Source: Malacoraja senta
Taxonomy: Eukaryota
Reading direction: 5' to 3'
Assembly: GCA_038087875.1 (NCBI GenBank)
Contig: CM075989.1
Location: 6,262,001-6,326,000, forward strand
Length of the DNA stretch: 64,000 bases
Under the pieces are notes generated by a model, which made no database searches, was not told the origin of the DNA, and saw only the letters and a list, made by a program, of their open reading frames with translations. A program made the position numbers and the translations under genes. Below, piece by piece: positions 13,830 to 27,394 of the stretch. Numbering within the stretch: position 1 is the stretch's first letter; every line of letters starts with the position of its first letter.

Positions 13830-14370
13830 TGGAGTCATAGACCTATACAGCACGGAAACAGGCCCTTCAGCCCACCCTGTCCATGTCGACCAAGTAGCCA
13901 TACTGGGCTAGCACCATTTACCTGTGTTTGGTCCATAAACCCCTCCTACCCATATATGTATATGTCCAAATGTCTTTTAAAAGTCCTAATCGCATCCTCG
14001 TCCTCTGGCAGCTCATTCCAGATACAGAATAGCCTCTGTGTGAAACAGTTACCCTTGAGGTCCCTATTAAATATCTTCCCTCTCAGATACAGCCTTTGCC
14101 CTTTATTCTTAGAAGCCTCTACCCTACGACGAAAACTGTGAGCATTACCCATACCCCTTGTCATCATATAGACATCAATAAGGTCACCCCTCAGTCTCCG
14201 ATGCTCCAAAGAAAGTAGGCCCAGCCTATCTAAACCCTCTCTATAGCTCAACCCGCAAGGCCAGGTATTAACCCGTGAATCTCCTCTGCACACTTACCAA
14301 CTTAACAACATCCTTCCTATAGCTGGGTGTACGGGATTGCATAGCAGACTCCAAGTGTGGTCTCATCAAT
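13830..14370 (-). mobile_element. CR1-clade LINE 3' fragment
   Basis: LSYREGLDRLGLLSLEHRRLRGDLI...FTQR...WNELP...FKRHLD, typical of CR1 ORF2 C-termini. Confidence 0.85.
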
Positions 14371-14799
14371 GACTTGTCACCCACGCCTCAGCCAACAATG
14401 GACCATTGTGGGCTCCACCTTTCCTTGATCATCGTAGCTTTCTGCATATCTTTCATTCTATAATTATTCTATATCACCGTCTCTATCTCTCGTTTCCCTT
14501 TTCCCCCGGCTCTCAGTCCGAATAAGGGTCTCGATCCGTAATGTCAACTATTCCTTTTCTCCAGAGATGCTGCTTGACTCGCTGAGTTCCTCCAGCTTTT
14601 TGTTGTTGTCTATCTTTGGTTTAAACCTGCATCTGCGGTTTCTTCCTACACAGTGACTTGTGCAGCTGCATGGTAATGTGACAACTGTCATACTCAGTAC
14701 TCTTTGCGACAGAGGCAAGGCTACAGTGCCAAATGCCTCATTTCCACATTGTCCACCTGCCTCAACCCTTTTTATGGAAGCCATGCACCTGTTCTCCCT

Positions 14800-14985
14800 A
14801 GGTAGACAAAATTGCTGGAGAAACTCAGCGGGTGCGGCAGCATCTATGGAGCGAAGGAACCCTTGGGTTTCGGCCCGAAACGTTGCCTCTTTCCTTCGCT
14901 CCATAGATGCTGCCGCACCCGCTGAGTTTCTCCAGCAATTTTGTCTACCTTCGATTCTCCAGCATCTGCAGTTCCTTCTTGAACA
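14800..14985 (+). mobile_element. Short fold-back Penelope-derived insert
   Basis: About 60-bp perfect inverted arms and a 14-bp target duplication cacctgttctccct (14786-14799 and 14986-14999). Confidence 0.85.
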
Positions 14986-15916
14986 CACCTGTTCTCCCTG
15001 TTCTGTAACACTCTCCAGGACTCTACCATTTACTGTGTATGTCCTGCCATGGTTTGACATACCAAAAGCACAACACCTCACACTAGACACAGAGTACTGG
15101 AGTAACTCAGCGGGTCAGGCAGCAGCTCTGGAGATAAAGGATGGGTGACGTTTCATGTCGGGACCCTTCTTCACTTGTCAGAGTTACATTCCATTTGACA
15201 TTCCATGCTTGACGTTTTTAAACAGGTTTTCTGAATGGGATGTAAACCAAGAGAGAAATTGGATCATTAAAATGTAATCTGAAAATTATATTAATCATAA
15301 TTGCTTATTATTTCATGATTGCACCGATACGCTTCCCCACACACAAAGTCACACGGCAAGTACATACACATAGAGAATATATGCTGCATCGGGTGTAATT
15401 TTGAAGTGAAGAGTAGAGACCTCCAGGTAAGGTTCCCCGGGGGTAACACTGCATTCCCTCACTGTCGAACTAGTATTGACATTGTATTTATTTTTTATGT
15501 TTTCCAATTATCTTATTGAGGAGGTTGGTGGATGTAATGGATACCTGGATTTATTGAGAAAACAGTCTTTATAATGTTCAAAGCCTTTTTTAAACAGTTG
15601 TCATGGATATAAGATCACCATTAAACTCAGTAGGGAGTACATAGGCAACAGCTTTAGCCCAAGAACGGTTGTAATGTGGAATTTACTACTCCTGGGACTA
15701 AGTGAGACGTATTGCATGGATCTTCTTCTTCTTCCGTATGGCGTACACAGCCTAAAGTTGTAGGACAACTTGTTCTATTTGATCTTACTTGATTGTGCAC
15801 GCCACGTTGATTGCATTCGTCGAAATGGGTGGGGAGAGAGGGGGGCCGATGCAGATTTCATTGAAAATTATGAGCTCCCGAGACAGTGAAAATCGAGATG
15901 GGAACTTTGTCACTTA

Positions 15917-16433
15917 AGGACCTGTCCCACCAGCATGTGATTGCATGCGTCTAGTGCGACCAAACGTGGTGGCTTGAGGCGTACGGCCTTGCGGGGCCGG
16001 TCCCAATTCAAACCGCGGAGGCGTATGGAGTTGTGCGGGGCTGGTCCCGACATCATACTCACCAATCAGCTGGGCAGGAGGCGGGCCGACTGAATTTGGA
16101 CGTTGCACGGCGTCGGGTGGTGACGTCATCACGCAACGGCACGCGCTAGGCGTACGCCGTCAAGACGCTGCGTACGATGTCGAGACGCTGCGTTCGCCCG
16201 TCGAGGCGCTGCGTACGGCCCCAATGCGGCTGCGGGCTGACAGGCCGTTGTCGCACGGGATTTTTGGACAGTGCAAGATTTTTGGAGCCCCGTGCGAGGT
16301 CGGGACCAGTCCCGCACAACTCCATACGCCTCTGCCGATCGAAGTGGGACCGGCCCCGCGAGGCCGTACGCCTCAAGCGACCACGTTTGGTCGCGCTAGA
16401 CGCATGCAAACGCATGGTGGTGGGACAGGCCCT
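15917..16433. mobile_element. PIF/Harbinger-like MITE (GC/CpG-rich palindrome)
   Basis: TIR AGGACCTGTCCCACCA / TGGTGGGACAGGCCCT, TTA on both sides, inverted arms longer than 100 bp. Confidence 0.85.
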
Positions 16434-16952
16434 TTAGCGAATGGGTCAAAAACCATGAGGCATGAATTTGAAGGTAGACAAAAATGCTGGAGAAACTCAG
16501 CGAGTGAGGCAGCATCTATGGAGCCGAAACCCTTCTTCAGACTGGAAACCCTTCTTCAGACATGAATTTGAAGTACGGCTGCAAGGATTAAAAGGTGTGA
16601 TGGGGAAATACTTTTTTCTCACAGACGATGTTGGATGTCTGTAATTCACTGCCAGATAGACTGGTAAAGGCTGGTCACTACTCCAGCGGACTCTTGTTCA
16701 ACTAGAGACAGACTCAAAAAACTGGAGTAACACAGCGGAACATGAAGAAAAGTCTCGACCCAAAACGTCACCCATTCCTTCTCTCCAGAGATGCTGCCCT
16801 GCCCGCTGAATTACTCCAGCTTTTTGTGTCTATCATCGGTTTAAACCAGCACCTGCAGTTCCTTCATACACATCTTGTTCACCTAGCGTGCATATCATTG
16901 GCTGAAGGGCTTGCTTCTCTGGTGTAAATTTTACTTTATTCCATAATTCTAA

Positions 16953-17168
16953 AGGGCCTGTCCCGCTTTCACGACCTAATTCACGACCTTTTTTACTCGT
17001 GGACATTTTTCATCAGGCTAGAAAAACGCCCCGACCTACTTGACGCCACGAGTACCTACGACTAGCATCACGGCCTGTTACGACCTCATGACGACCATGC
17101 TGCGAGTATGAGTCAAGGGCAAACTCGGCAGAGGTCGTGAATTAGGTCGTGAAAGTGGGACAGGCCCT
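16953..17168. mobile_element. PIF/Harbinger-like MITE
   Basis: Same TIR family with TAA duplication. Near-identical inverted copy at 45907-46124. Confidence 0.85.
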
Positions 17169-17344
17169 TAAGGCGTCAGCCGTCAAGACACTGATGGTGA
17201 CAAAGTTCCCATCTCGATTTTCACTGTCTCAGGAGCTCATAATTTTCAATGAAATCTGAAATCAAAGAAGAAAACACTTCTACTTTTTTTTAATTATCAT
17301 TCCTTGGCAACGTATCACCATCTTGATCTTTCTCTATGACTAAC

Positions 17345-17665
17345 TTTCCCCCTGACCCCCTCCCCCTTCCCCCCTATTCCCCTTGCCCCCACCCCTCCCC
17401 CCATCCACTTTGTTTCCCGTTCCCCTCCCCCCTCCATCTTCCTCCCCCATCCCTCTCCCATTCCCCCACATCTTCCTGCTCCACTTTCCCCGCTCCCCTT
17501 CATTCCATTCCCCTTTCCCCCCCCTCCCTCCACGCCTCTCCCCTTCCCCCCCTTCACCCATCTCCCCTCCCCCTGCCCTCTCCTTCCTCCCCTCGCCCCC
17601 TCTCCCCCCTCCTCTCTAACCCTCCTCTCCCACGCTCTTCCCCCCCTTCCACCCCACACCCCAAC
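17345..17665. repeat. C-rich polypyrimidine low-complexity tract
   Basis: Directly visible. Confidence 0.9.
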
Positions 17666-19155
17666 TCTTGTCACTTTGTCACCAGCAAGAAGTCCTGATG
17701 AGAATACGCGATTGGGACGAACACCTCCGCTCTTTGCATTATAATTATCGTTAAAGTGTTGTCAAGGCGATAGGATATACTTTGTACTTGTCTTTCATTT
17801 TCTCCAGCTTTTGCTTTAATACTAAACTGAAGATAATTGGGAAAGGCAAGAGGATTTTTCATACAGCGCTTCTTTGACTAGAATTGTAGTGACTGAAAGG
17901 GTGGTGGCGGAAAAAGATTGAATAGGGACTTTCAGAAAGGAATGGGAAATGTAAATGAAAGGAAAGATCTGCAGTTAAAGCAAAAGAGCAGAGTAGAGGG
18001 GCTAATTGAACTCTTTCATGGAGCTGGCACGGGTACAATGAGATGAATGGCTACTTCCTATCTTTTTGCTTCAATTGTATGAACATTGAGAGGGGCTGGT
18101 GGGATATTGAATCCGTGACTGTGAAGAGCTGGCAAAGGTAACACAGATGGCTGCACAAGAGACCGCAGATGCTGGAGTCTTGTGCAAGAAAGGAACTGCT
18201 GGAGGAACTCAGTCGGGGCAAACAAAATAAAATGAAAAGAATGACTGTCATAAACGCCATGCCTTTCGCAAAGGTAAAAAGAATCATTGGTGTTGTAAGC
18301 GTAAACGCATTATATGTGGAGGAAGGAACTGCAGATGCTGGTTTGCACCAAAGATAGTCACAAAATGCTGGAGTAACTCAGCGGGACGGGCAGCATCTCT
18401 GGAGAGAAGAAGGGTCTCGACCCGTTCCTTCCATCCAGAGATGCTGCCTGTCCCGCTGAGTTACTCCAGCATTTTGTGTCTTTCTAGTATGCATTATATG
18501 ACTAGCGACCCTTCTTCAGACTGGAATTTTATTCTTGAGTCTGAAGAAGGGTCCCGACCCGAAACATCACCTACCCATATTCTCCAGAGATGCTGCCTGA
18601 TCCGCTTGAGTTTGGACTTTTATTTTTAGACCTTAGAGGTTCAGCACGGAAACAGGCCCTTCGGCTGACCAAGTCCACACCGACCAGCAATACACCAGCA
18701 CAATCCTACACACTAGGGACAACTTACAATTTTTTACCAAAGCCAATTAACCTAAACCGGAGCACCTGGAGAAAACCCACTTGGTCACAGCGAGAACGTA
18801 CTAATTCCGTAGAGACAGCACCCATAGTCAGGATCGAACCCAGGTATCTGGAGCTGTAAAGCAATAACTCTACCGCTGCACCACTATGCTGTCCAAACGT
18901 TACTCCAGCACTTTGAATCTTTTTTTGTTGTAAACCAGCATCTGCAGTTCCTGCATCTGCCCTACATTACTGTTTTGTTTTGTTCCTCTTTTGATAAAGT
19001 GTCCATTTGGTATCAAGGAGGGATGTAGGGGAGAGGTGAGGGAGAGAGGTGCAGGATAATACCAGTGTAGAGAATGACGTTCTATTTGTTAACCTGTTCC
19101 CTAGCAAAAACGCTCCTTAAATATTAATGCTATTGAAGAAACTCTCACCTCACCT

Positions 19156-19440
19156 GGGCGGCACGGTGGTGCAGCGGTAGAGTTGCTGCCTTACACCGCC
19201 AGAGACCCGAGTTCGATCCTGACCACGGGTGCTGTCTGTGCGGAGTTTGTATGTTTTCCCTGTGACCGTGTGGGTTTTCTCTGGGTGCTGTTTGTACGTT
19301 AATTGGCTTGGTATATATGTAAAATATCCCTAGTGTGTGTAGGATTGTGTTAATGTGCGGGGATCACTGGTCGGTGTGGTCTCGGTGGGCCGAAGGGCCT
19401 GTTTCCGTGCTGTATCTGTAAACTAAACTAAACTAAAACT
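19156..19440 (+). mobile_element. HE1-type V-SINE
   Basis: gggcggcacggtggtgcagcggtagag...gagttcgatcc...(aaact)n. Confidence 0.88.
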
Positions 19441-22400
19441 ACTGAGTTCCTCCAGCAGGTTTTTTTCTTTGATCTAACACTAAAATATATGTTTCCAAGC
19501 AAAATGCAGGGAAATGTGTGACATATGCATGATTTGATGGCTCCATCTTTGTCACATTGGAAAACAAATGTGGCTGTTCTGTGGTTCAATGATTACAGGC
19601 ACAATAACTGGATCTAAGTTATGAAGTGACCATGGACAAAGAATAAAGTGGGTAATTTAAGCAGGTAACATCTGATAATCATTTAATTTAAAGAATAGCA
19701 GTCACTGTTGGTTGATACCTCCAGTTTCCCTCTCCCCTGAAGAACAGTCTCGACCCAAAACGTCACCCATTCCTTCTCTCCAGAGATGCTGCCTGTCCCG
19801 CTGAGTTACTCCAGCATTTTGTGTCTATCTTCGGTGTAAACCAGCATCTGCATTTGCTGAAGGCTCCACTAATGAATTGGCAAAGCAATGAATATTTGTC
19901 ATTGTCAATGGCAAGCTTTAACGTACAGGGATGCTGTGAAAGGCGTTATCTAATGGCTACTAGTTTTCTTTCCTTTCCTTACCGCGAGACCGACCTTTTA
20001 GCAACACACAGCTCCATGTAAATCTGGTCCTGAGATCTATGAACTGACCCAGTCGACCCAATTCAATGTCCATTCCACTGTTACATTCCCAGCATTATAA
20101 TTGCGAAGCGTCCAGACCCGACACGTCACCTGTCCTTGTTCTCCAGAGATGCTGTCTGACCCGCAGAGTTACACCAGCTCTTTATGTCTTTTTCTTTAAA
20201 TGGTTAAGATTCAGTTTTGCCATTGATTGATTGAAAGATGCAGCTTGGAAACAGGCCCTTCGGCCCATCGAGTCCACGCCAACCCTCGATCACCCGTTCA
20301 CACTAGTTCTTTGTTTATCCCGCTTTCTTACACGCTAGTACAATTTCACAGAGGGCCAATTAACCCACACACCAGCATGCCTTTGGGATGTGGGTCGGAA
20401 ACCAGAGCAGGTGGAAGAAACCCACCAGGTCACAGGAAGAACGTTGAAACTCCACACAGGCAGCACCCGGGGGTCAGGATCGAACCCGGGTCTCTGGCGC
20501 TGTGAGGTGGCAGCTCTACCAGCTGCCACAATGTCACTGAGTGGAGGACAGACTCAAGGGGCTGAAAGGCCTCCTCTATCTCTGCCTTCTCACGTGGAAC
20601 ATGGAAAGCACCTTCTGGGGCATTGTTTGTGTTGCCTCGAGCTCTCCTCTTCACCATGGTACATTTTGTAGTCACTCCAATTGGCATTGTGAGTGTCTTC
20701 AATAGCATTCGTGTTTCATGCAAGATTTTGTTAGAGAACAGGTTTAAAAACAGAACATCAGTTCCCACAATGGTGTTCTCGTTTTGCCATACATCCCACC
20801 CCCCCCCCCCCCTCCCGCCCACCCCCAGTTCTGCTGGATTCCTCCTTGTTAATAGATGGAAGCTTTAACAAAAAGAGAAAGAAATAATAATAATAAACAG
20901 TAAAATAATGCATACTCGCTGACAACACCGATCACCCCCTCTGCCTTTGTGATCGGCACAGAGTTTATGTTAGAAGTTCTTTTCACTTTGTTCCTATTCA
21001 GGAAGCTTTTCTTCCCTTTTGTCTCGCTTCCCAGGCTGAAATAACGTTTTAAAAAATCAGCCTTTTGGATGCGAAGATAGACACAAAATGCTGGAGTAGC
21101 TCAGCGGGTCAGGCAGCACCTCTGGAGAGAAGGAACGGGCGACGTTTCGGGTCGAGACCCTTCTTCAGACGGAAAGTCACAGGAAAGGGAAACGAGAGAT
21201 ATAGACGATGATGAGGAGAGATCTAGAGAACAAATGAGTGAAAAAACATAACGATGATAAAGGATGCAAAAAAGTTACAGCGATAAAAATTATGCAAAAA
21301 AAGTTTTTCTGACTATCTTTGGTTTAAACCAGCATCTGCAGTTCCTTCCTAAACCTTTCGGATGCTTCAGGTGGACTCCCCAATTTAATATGCAATATCT
21401 TGGTAAATGTTTCCAGAGAGTCACTGAGTTTGAATAACCCACCATTCCTTTGATCTCCCCAGTCCCACCACCCATGTCCCCTCGAGCATCCCTGGATTCA
21501 ATGACATCATCGTTGCCCTCAACATCCAACACTCTTCCCCTCTGGAATTCTATTCTGAAATCTCTCTGCTTCTCCTACGTTTTTGTGTCTTTCCGTAAAA
21601 TCGACCTCATCTGAACTTATAGATGCATACGGCATAGAAACAGGTCCTTTACCCTAACTCATCCATGCCGACCAAAATACCCCATCTACGCTAGTCCCAC
21701 CTGCTTGCATTTGGCCCATATCTATTTAGCCCACTACTATTGTCTGTTTATGTGTCTTTTTTTTAGTTTAGAGATACAGGCCCTTTCGCCCTACCGGGTC
21801 CGCGCCGACCAGCGATCCCCGCACATTAACACTATCCTGTACCAACTAGGGACAATTTTTACATTTACCAAGCCAATATACCTATACGTCTTTGCAGTGT
21901 GGGAGGAAACGGAAGCTGTGGACCTGTCCAAATCTGTGATGCCCCATTGTAAGCAGCTTCCCTCTATCCTACAATAAGCAAGTCATGATCTTGCATCAAC
22001 TTTCTTAGCTGTTGTGTTGACTGCAAATGACTTGGAATTTGACGAAGTCTGAACAGACTTTGCTGCAGAGCAAAAACATCAACACACTATGATCCATTGC
22101 AAAGCAGAGGTCTCAGTTTTGCAGATTGCCAAAATACACAGAGATTGACGGGCTCACCATAATTCACATCTGCAGAGTTCAATCCCAGCGTTGTTCCTCC
22201 AAGTGAGGGAATTGGTCAAGTGCCTTTAGTGGGACAGTCTGGGAGGTCTAAGGAGCTTCCCGCTACGTGCAGTGATGTTACAATGAGCTGGAGAACTTGC
22301 CCCTTGTAAACATAAAACACCACGGCACTGAATGTCTTTAGTTTAGTTGAAAGATACAGCATGAAAACAGGCCCTTCAGCCCACCGAGTCTGTGCCGACC

Positions 22401-23629
22401 AGCGATCCCCGCACACTAACACAATCCTACACACACTAGGGACAATTTACAATTTACAAACGTACACACTCCGTACAGATAGCACCCATAGTCAGGATCG
22501 AACTCGGATCTCTGGCACTGTAATGCAGTAAGTCTACCACTGCGCCACTGCGTCAGAGATAATTCATTTGTTGTAATCGACCTTGGGACATCAAGACCCA
22601 AGAGTGTTTAACCGTCAAGGAAAAATTTTGCGCCAACTAACAATTGATTGAAAGATACAGTGTGGAAACAGGCCCTTCGGCCCACTGAGTCCAGGTTGAC
22701 CATCAATCACCCATTCACACTAGTTCCTGGCTATCCCACTTTTCCATCCACTCCTGACACATTCGGGGCGATTTACAGAGGACCCGTTAGCCTACAACAT
22801 CTTTGAGATGTGGGAGGGAACCGCAGCACCCAGAGTCTGCAGAATTAGTGAGAACGTGCAAACTCCACACAGGCAGCGTGTGAGGTCAGGATCGGTCCTG
22901 CGTCTCTGGCACTGTTGGACAGCAACTGCGCCGCTCCATCACGTGCATCAGGAAGGCAGGTTTCCTTCTTGAAAAGATATGGGCGAACTGTGAGGCAGCA
23001 GCGCAACCCGCTGCGCCACTGTGCCGCCCCTGTTGTGTCAACGCTGTACTAAACTGAATGTTCAATGCATACTAAGGAGGGGCAATGCATACAACCCCTA
23101 ACACTGCAAAGAATCACCCCCACCCCCCCCCCCTCACCACCTCCCCAACCCGTCCCCAACTCTACCCCCCTCCACCACCACACCTTCTCCTCGTTGTCAA
23201 TCCACCGGGACAAATAGATCTGGCATTTCCCAAACAGCTGAGCCATGAAGAACTCTGATACCAGTATTGACACAGTGCAAACGGATGCCTGGCATGGTGC
23301 CAGCACCGACTGTTTGATCTCTCCTTGATCTTGTGCCACCTTTATTTATGCTCCACACCTTCACCAGTGGGTTTATCAGATTGCAGGGCTGCAATGGTGT
23401 CGACGCTGTAACGTCAGCTCAGCCTTTCAAGGCAGGCAAAGCCGCCCAGAACACCTCTCCCTCCTTCCCCAAGCCCGGCTGCAAGACCCGCAGTCCTGCA
23501 TCTAGTTTAGTTTAGAGACAAAGGGCCGAGGCAGGCCCTTCGGCCCACCAAGCCCGCATCCTGTACGCGAGCACCACCCAACACACACTAGGGGCAATTT
23601 GCAACTTTACCAGTTAGCCTACAAACCTG

Positions 23630-23858
23630 GGTGGACAAAAGTGCTGGAGAAACTCAGCAGGTGCAGCAGCGTCTATGGAGCGAAGGAAGTGGAAGTGTTC
23701 CCGCCCCCCCCCCTCCCCCCACATCAGCCTGAAGAAGGGTTTCAGCCCGAAACGTTGCCTGTTTCCTTCGCTCCATAGATGCTGCTGCACCCGCTGAGTT
23801 TCTCCAGCATTTTCGTCTATCTTCAATTTTCCAGCATCTGCAGTTCCTTCTTAAACAT
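23630..23858 (+). mobile_element. Fold-back Penelope-derived insert nested in a SINE
   Basis: 16-bp target duplication ttagcctacaaacctg (23614-23629 and 23859-23874) and a hammerhead motif starting at 23729. Confidence 0.85.
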
Positions 23859-24550
23859 TTAGCCTACAAACCTGTACGTCTTTGGAGTGCGTGAGGAAAC
23901 CGGAGCACCCGGGGAAAACCCTCGCGGTCACGGGGAGAACGTACAAACTCCGTACAGACAGCACCTGTAGTCAGGATCGAACCCGGGTTTCCAGCGCTGC
24001 AAGGCAGCAACTCTACCGCGGCGCCGCCGTGCCGCCCAATACCGTGTCGATAGTGGAGCCACAAGGAACTGCAGATGCTGAGATCTGGTGTAAATTCTGT
24101 CACCACAGCCAGTTATTCAATGAAATGTGCAGGAAGGAACTGCAGATGCTGGTTTAAATCAAAGATAGACACAAAATGCTGGAGTAACTCGGCGGGACAG
24201 GCAGCATCTCTGACGTTTCGGGTCGAGACCCTTCTTCAGCCATTCAATTAAATGCACGTTTGTACGTTCTCCCTGTGACCGCGTAGGTTTTCTCCGGGCG
24301 CTCCAGTTCCCTCCCACATTCCAAAGACGTACATTTAAGAGGGTTGTAGGCTAATTGGTTTTGTTAATGTATGTCTGTCATTTAAAAAAAAAAAAAAAAT
24401 GCTAGTATAACTCAATAGGTCAGGCAGCAAGTGCAGAAGAAATAGACTTGAACCAGAACATTGCTTGTTCATTCGTTCTACAGATTCTGCCTGACCCATT
24501 GAGTTACCCCAACACAATTTATTTTACCTGTGAGTGTTCTCACTTTGTGT

Positions 24551-24826
24551 CGGCACGGTGGCGCAGCGCTACAGTTGCTGCCTCACAGCGCCAGAGACCC
24601 AGGTTCAATCCTGACTGCAGGTGCTGTCTGTACGGAGTTTGTACGCTCCCCCTGTGACCGCGTGGGTTGTCCTTCTGCTTCCCACAGATGTACAGGTTTG
24701 TAGGTTAATTGGCTTTTTCTGTAAAAAATGAGTGGAATAGAACTGGTGTACGGGTGGTCATTGGTCGGTACGGACTCAGTGGGCCGAAGGGCCTGTTACC
24801 ACACTGTATCTCTAAACTAAACTAAA
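24551..24826 (+). mobile_element. HE1-type V-SINE
   Basis: A/B boxes, V-domain and (ctaaa)n tail. Confidence 0.85.
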
Positions 24827-27013
24827 GTAACACAGCAGGTTAATTCCTTCTTTCCGCATATTCTGTCTGACCCATTGAGTAATGGTGTAACTTTTTGTTT
24901 CATCTGAGCATAGCATTGTGTTGAAGTCAGTGATTTAAGCCTCGTGTGATCAGTTCCCAGTTCTCTGGGACAACTGGGTCAAACCTTGATGCTCCAATGC
25001 TGGAGTTGCCTCTTGACAGGCGGGAATAGACACAAAATGCTGGAGTAACTCAGCGGGTTAGGGAGCATCTCTGGAGAAAATTAATAGGTGACGTTACGGG
25101 TTCTGACCCAAAACATCACCTATTCCTTTTCTCCAGAGATGATGTCTGACCTGCTGAGTTACTCCAGCATTTTGTGTCAATCTTTGGCATAATGTAGCAG
25201 CTGCAGTTCCTTCCTGGACATCTTGACAGGCGGGACTTGTGCCTGATCAATGTGCACTTTTGACTTTCGAGATATGGCGCAGAAACAGGCCCTTCGGCCC
25301 ATCCAAGTCTGTGTCGATCACCCCATGCACTAGCACCATCCTCCACACCACGAACAATTTACAATCTTACCAAAGCCAATTAACAGACAAACCCGTACGT
25401 CTTCGGAGTGCGTGAGGAAACCGGGGCACCCGGAGAAAACCCATGCGGTCACGGGGAGAACGTGCAAACTCCATACAGACAGCACCTGTAGTCAGGATGG
25501 AACCCGGTCTCTGGCGCTGTAAGGCAGCAACTCCACCACTAGTCACAGCCCCTTGGGCCTACAACTTGGAGGCTTCTTGACTGGGTGAGAACCTTCAGAA
25601 AGAGAGGAACAAAGCATTGGAGGACTTTGCAAACTATAAATGGTATATTTTCATATTTAATCTTCCACTTGAGCAGCTAAATGCTTGCTAGAAAAATAAA
25701 TAAACGTAGCTCTATCCCGACGGAACGCCACACCAATCCTTCGAAGAATTTTGTGGGAGAGCTACTCTTATGACTCAGGGAGTTGTCACGTCCTCTTAAA
25801 ATATTCATGGCCACATTTCCAATTTTATTTCATCTGGTTTGGAACCACATTAAATATATCCAGAGCACATATCAATATGTGAGGTTACTGGAAAAAATCT
25901 TGGGGAAATGCTCGTGCATTCTGCAACGCAGTGTGGAAATATACCACACTGCAATGTTATATGTTTCAAAACAGATAAGGGATTGTGAGATTAAATGCTT
26001 CGAGGTTGCTTCCCTTGAAATGAGTCTAGAACTAAGGGACAGCCTTAACTAAAAAGGGTTTTGGAGTGAAACAAGGGGGATGTTCTATACAGGAGCTGCA
26101 GACGCTGGTTTGCAGCGAAGATAGACACAAAACTCTGGAGTAACTTAGCGAGTCAAGCAGCATCTCTGGAGAGAAGGAATGGGTGACATTTCAGGGCGAG
26201 ACACTTCCGCAGACTCACATTCAGATTCATGATGTTCTGTACTCACGGTGGCGCAGCGGTAGAGTTGCGGTCTTGCGGCGTCAGAGACACGGGTTCGATC
26301 CTGTACGGAGTTTGTACCTTTCCCTGCGACCGCGTGGGTTTCCTCCGGGAGCTCTGGTTTCTTTCTTTCCTTTCTTTTAAAATCTTTTTAAAAGAAAGAA
26401 AAGACAAAAATAAAACATAAAAAACAGAGCAAAAAGAATAGTGATAAACAGAACAATGGTATTGATACATAGGGATCAGGATTACATTAATAACAGGTAT
26501 AACCTAATATGAGACCAGTGTCAAAATACACAATGAATATAGACCTCTATGTAAATATAGTTACATCTTTAAAAGGAAACTTATGTTTTTTAAAAAAGCA
26601 AAGATAAAAAGACAAAAAGAAAAAGAAAAAACAAAAGCCCCCTAAACTAAAAAAAAAAAAAAAAAATTGATCATAAAATAAGAATAAAAATAAAATAAAT
26701 AAATAAAACAAAACAAAGCAAAACCGAATCTGAACTGAGAAATTCAGCTCTGGTTTCTTCCCACATTCCAGAGACGTACAGGTTTTGCAGGTTAATTGGC
26801 ATCTGCAAATTGTTCCTAGTGTGTAGGATAGAACTCGTGTGTGGTTGCTCACTGGTCAATGTGGACTCGGTGGGCTGAAGGGCTTGTGTCCTCGCTATGT
26901 CTCTTAAGTAAACTAAACTAAACCTGGGTTCGATCCTGATCTCAGGTGCTGTCTGTATGGAGTTTGTACGTTCTCCCTGGGACCGTGGTGGTTTTCTCCG
27001 GGTGCGCCGGTTT

Positions 27014-27394
27014 CAATAGACAATAGGTGCAGGAGTCGGAGTTCTGCCCTTCGAGCCCTGTGATCATGGCTGATCATCCCCAATCAGTATCCTGTTCCTG
27101 CCTTCTCCCCATATCCCCTGACTCCGCTATTTTTAAGAGCCCTATCTAGCTCTCTCTTGAAAGCATCCAGAGAACCTGCCTTCACCGCCCTCTGAGGCAG
27201 AGAATTCCACAGACTCACCACTCTCTGTGAGAAAAAGTGTTTCCTTGTCTCCGTTCTAAATGGCTTACTCCTTATTCTTAAACGGTGGCCCCTGGTTCTG
27301 GACTCCCCCAACATCGGGAACATATTTCCTGCCTCTAGCGTGTCCAAACCCTTAACAATCTTATATGTTTCAATGAGATTCCCTCTCATCCTTC
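27014..27394 (-). mobile_element. CR1/HER1-like LINE 3' fragment inserted in a SINE
   Basis: RRMRGNLIETYKI...TRGH...FFSQRVVSLWNSLP...FKRELD and a (ctattgt)n tail. Confidence 0.88.

Noticed and set aside
19156..19230. tRNA gene
   Set aside because: The tRNA-like head continues into a SINE body and tail, and is repeated dozens of times.
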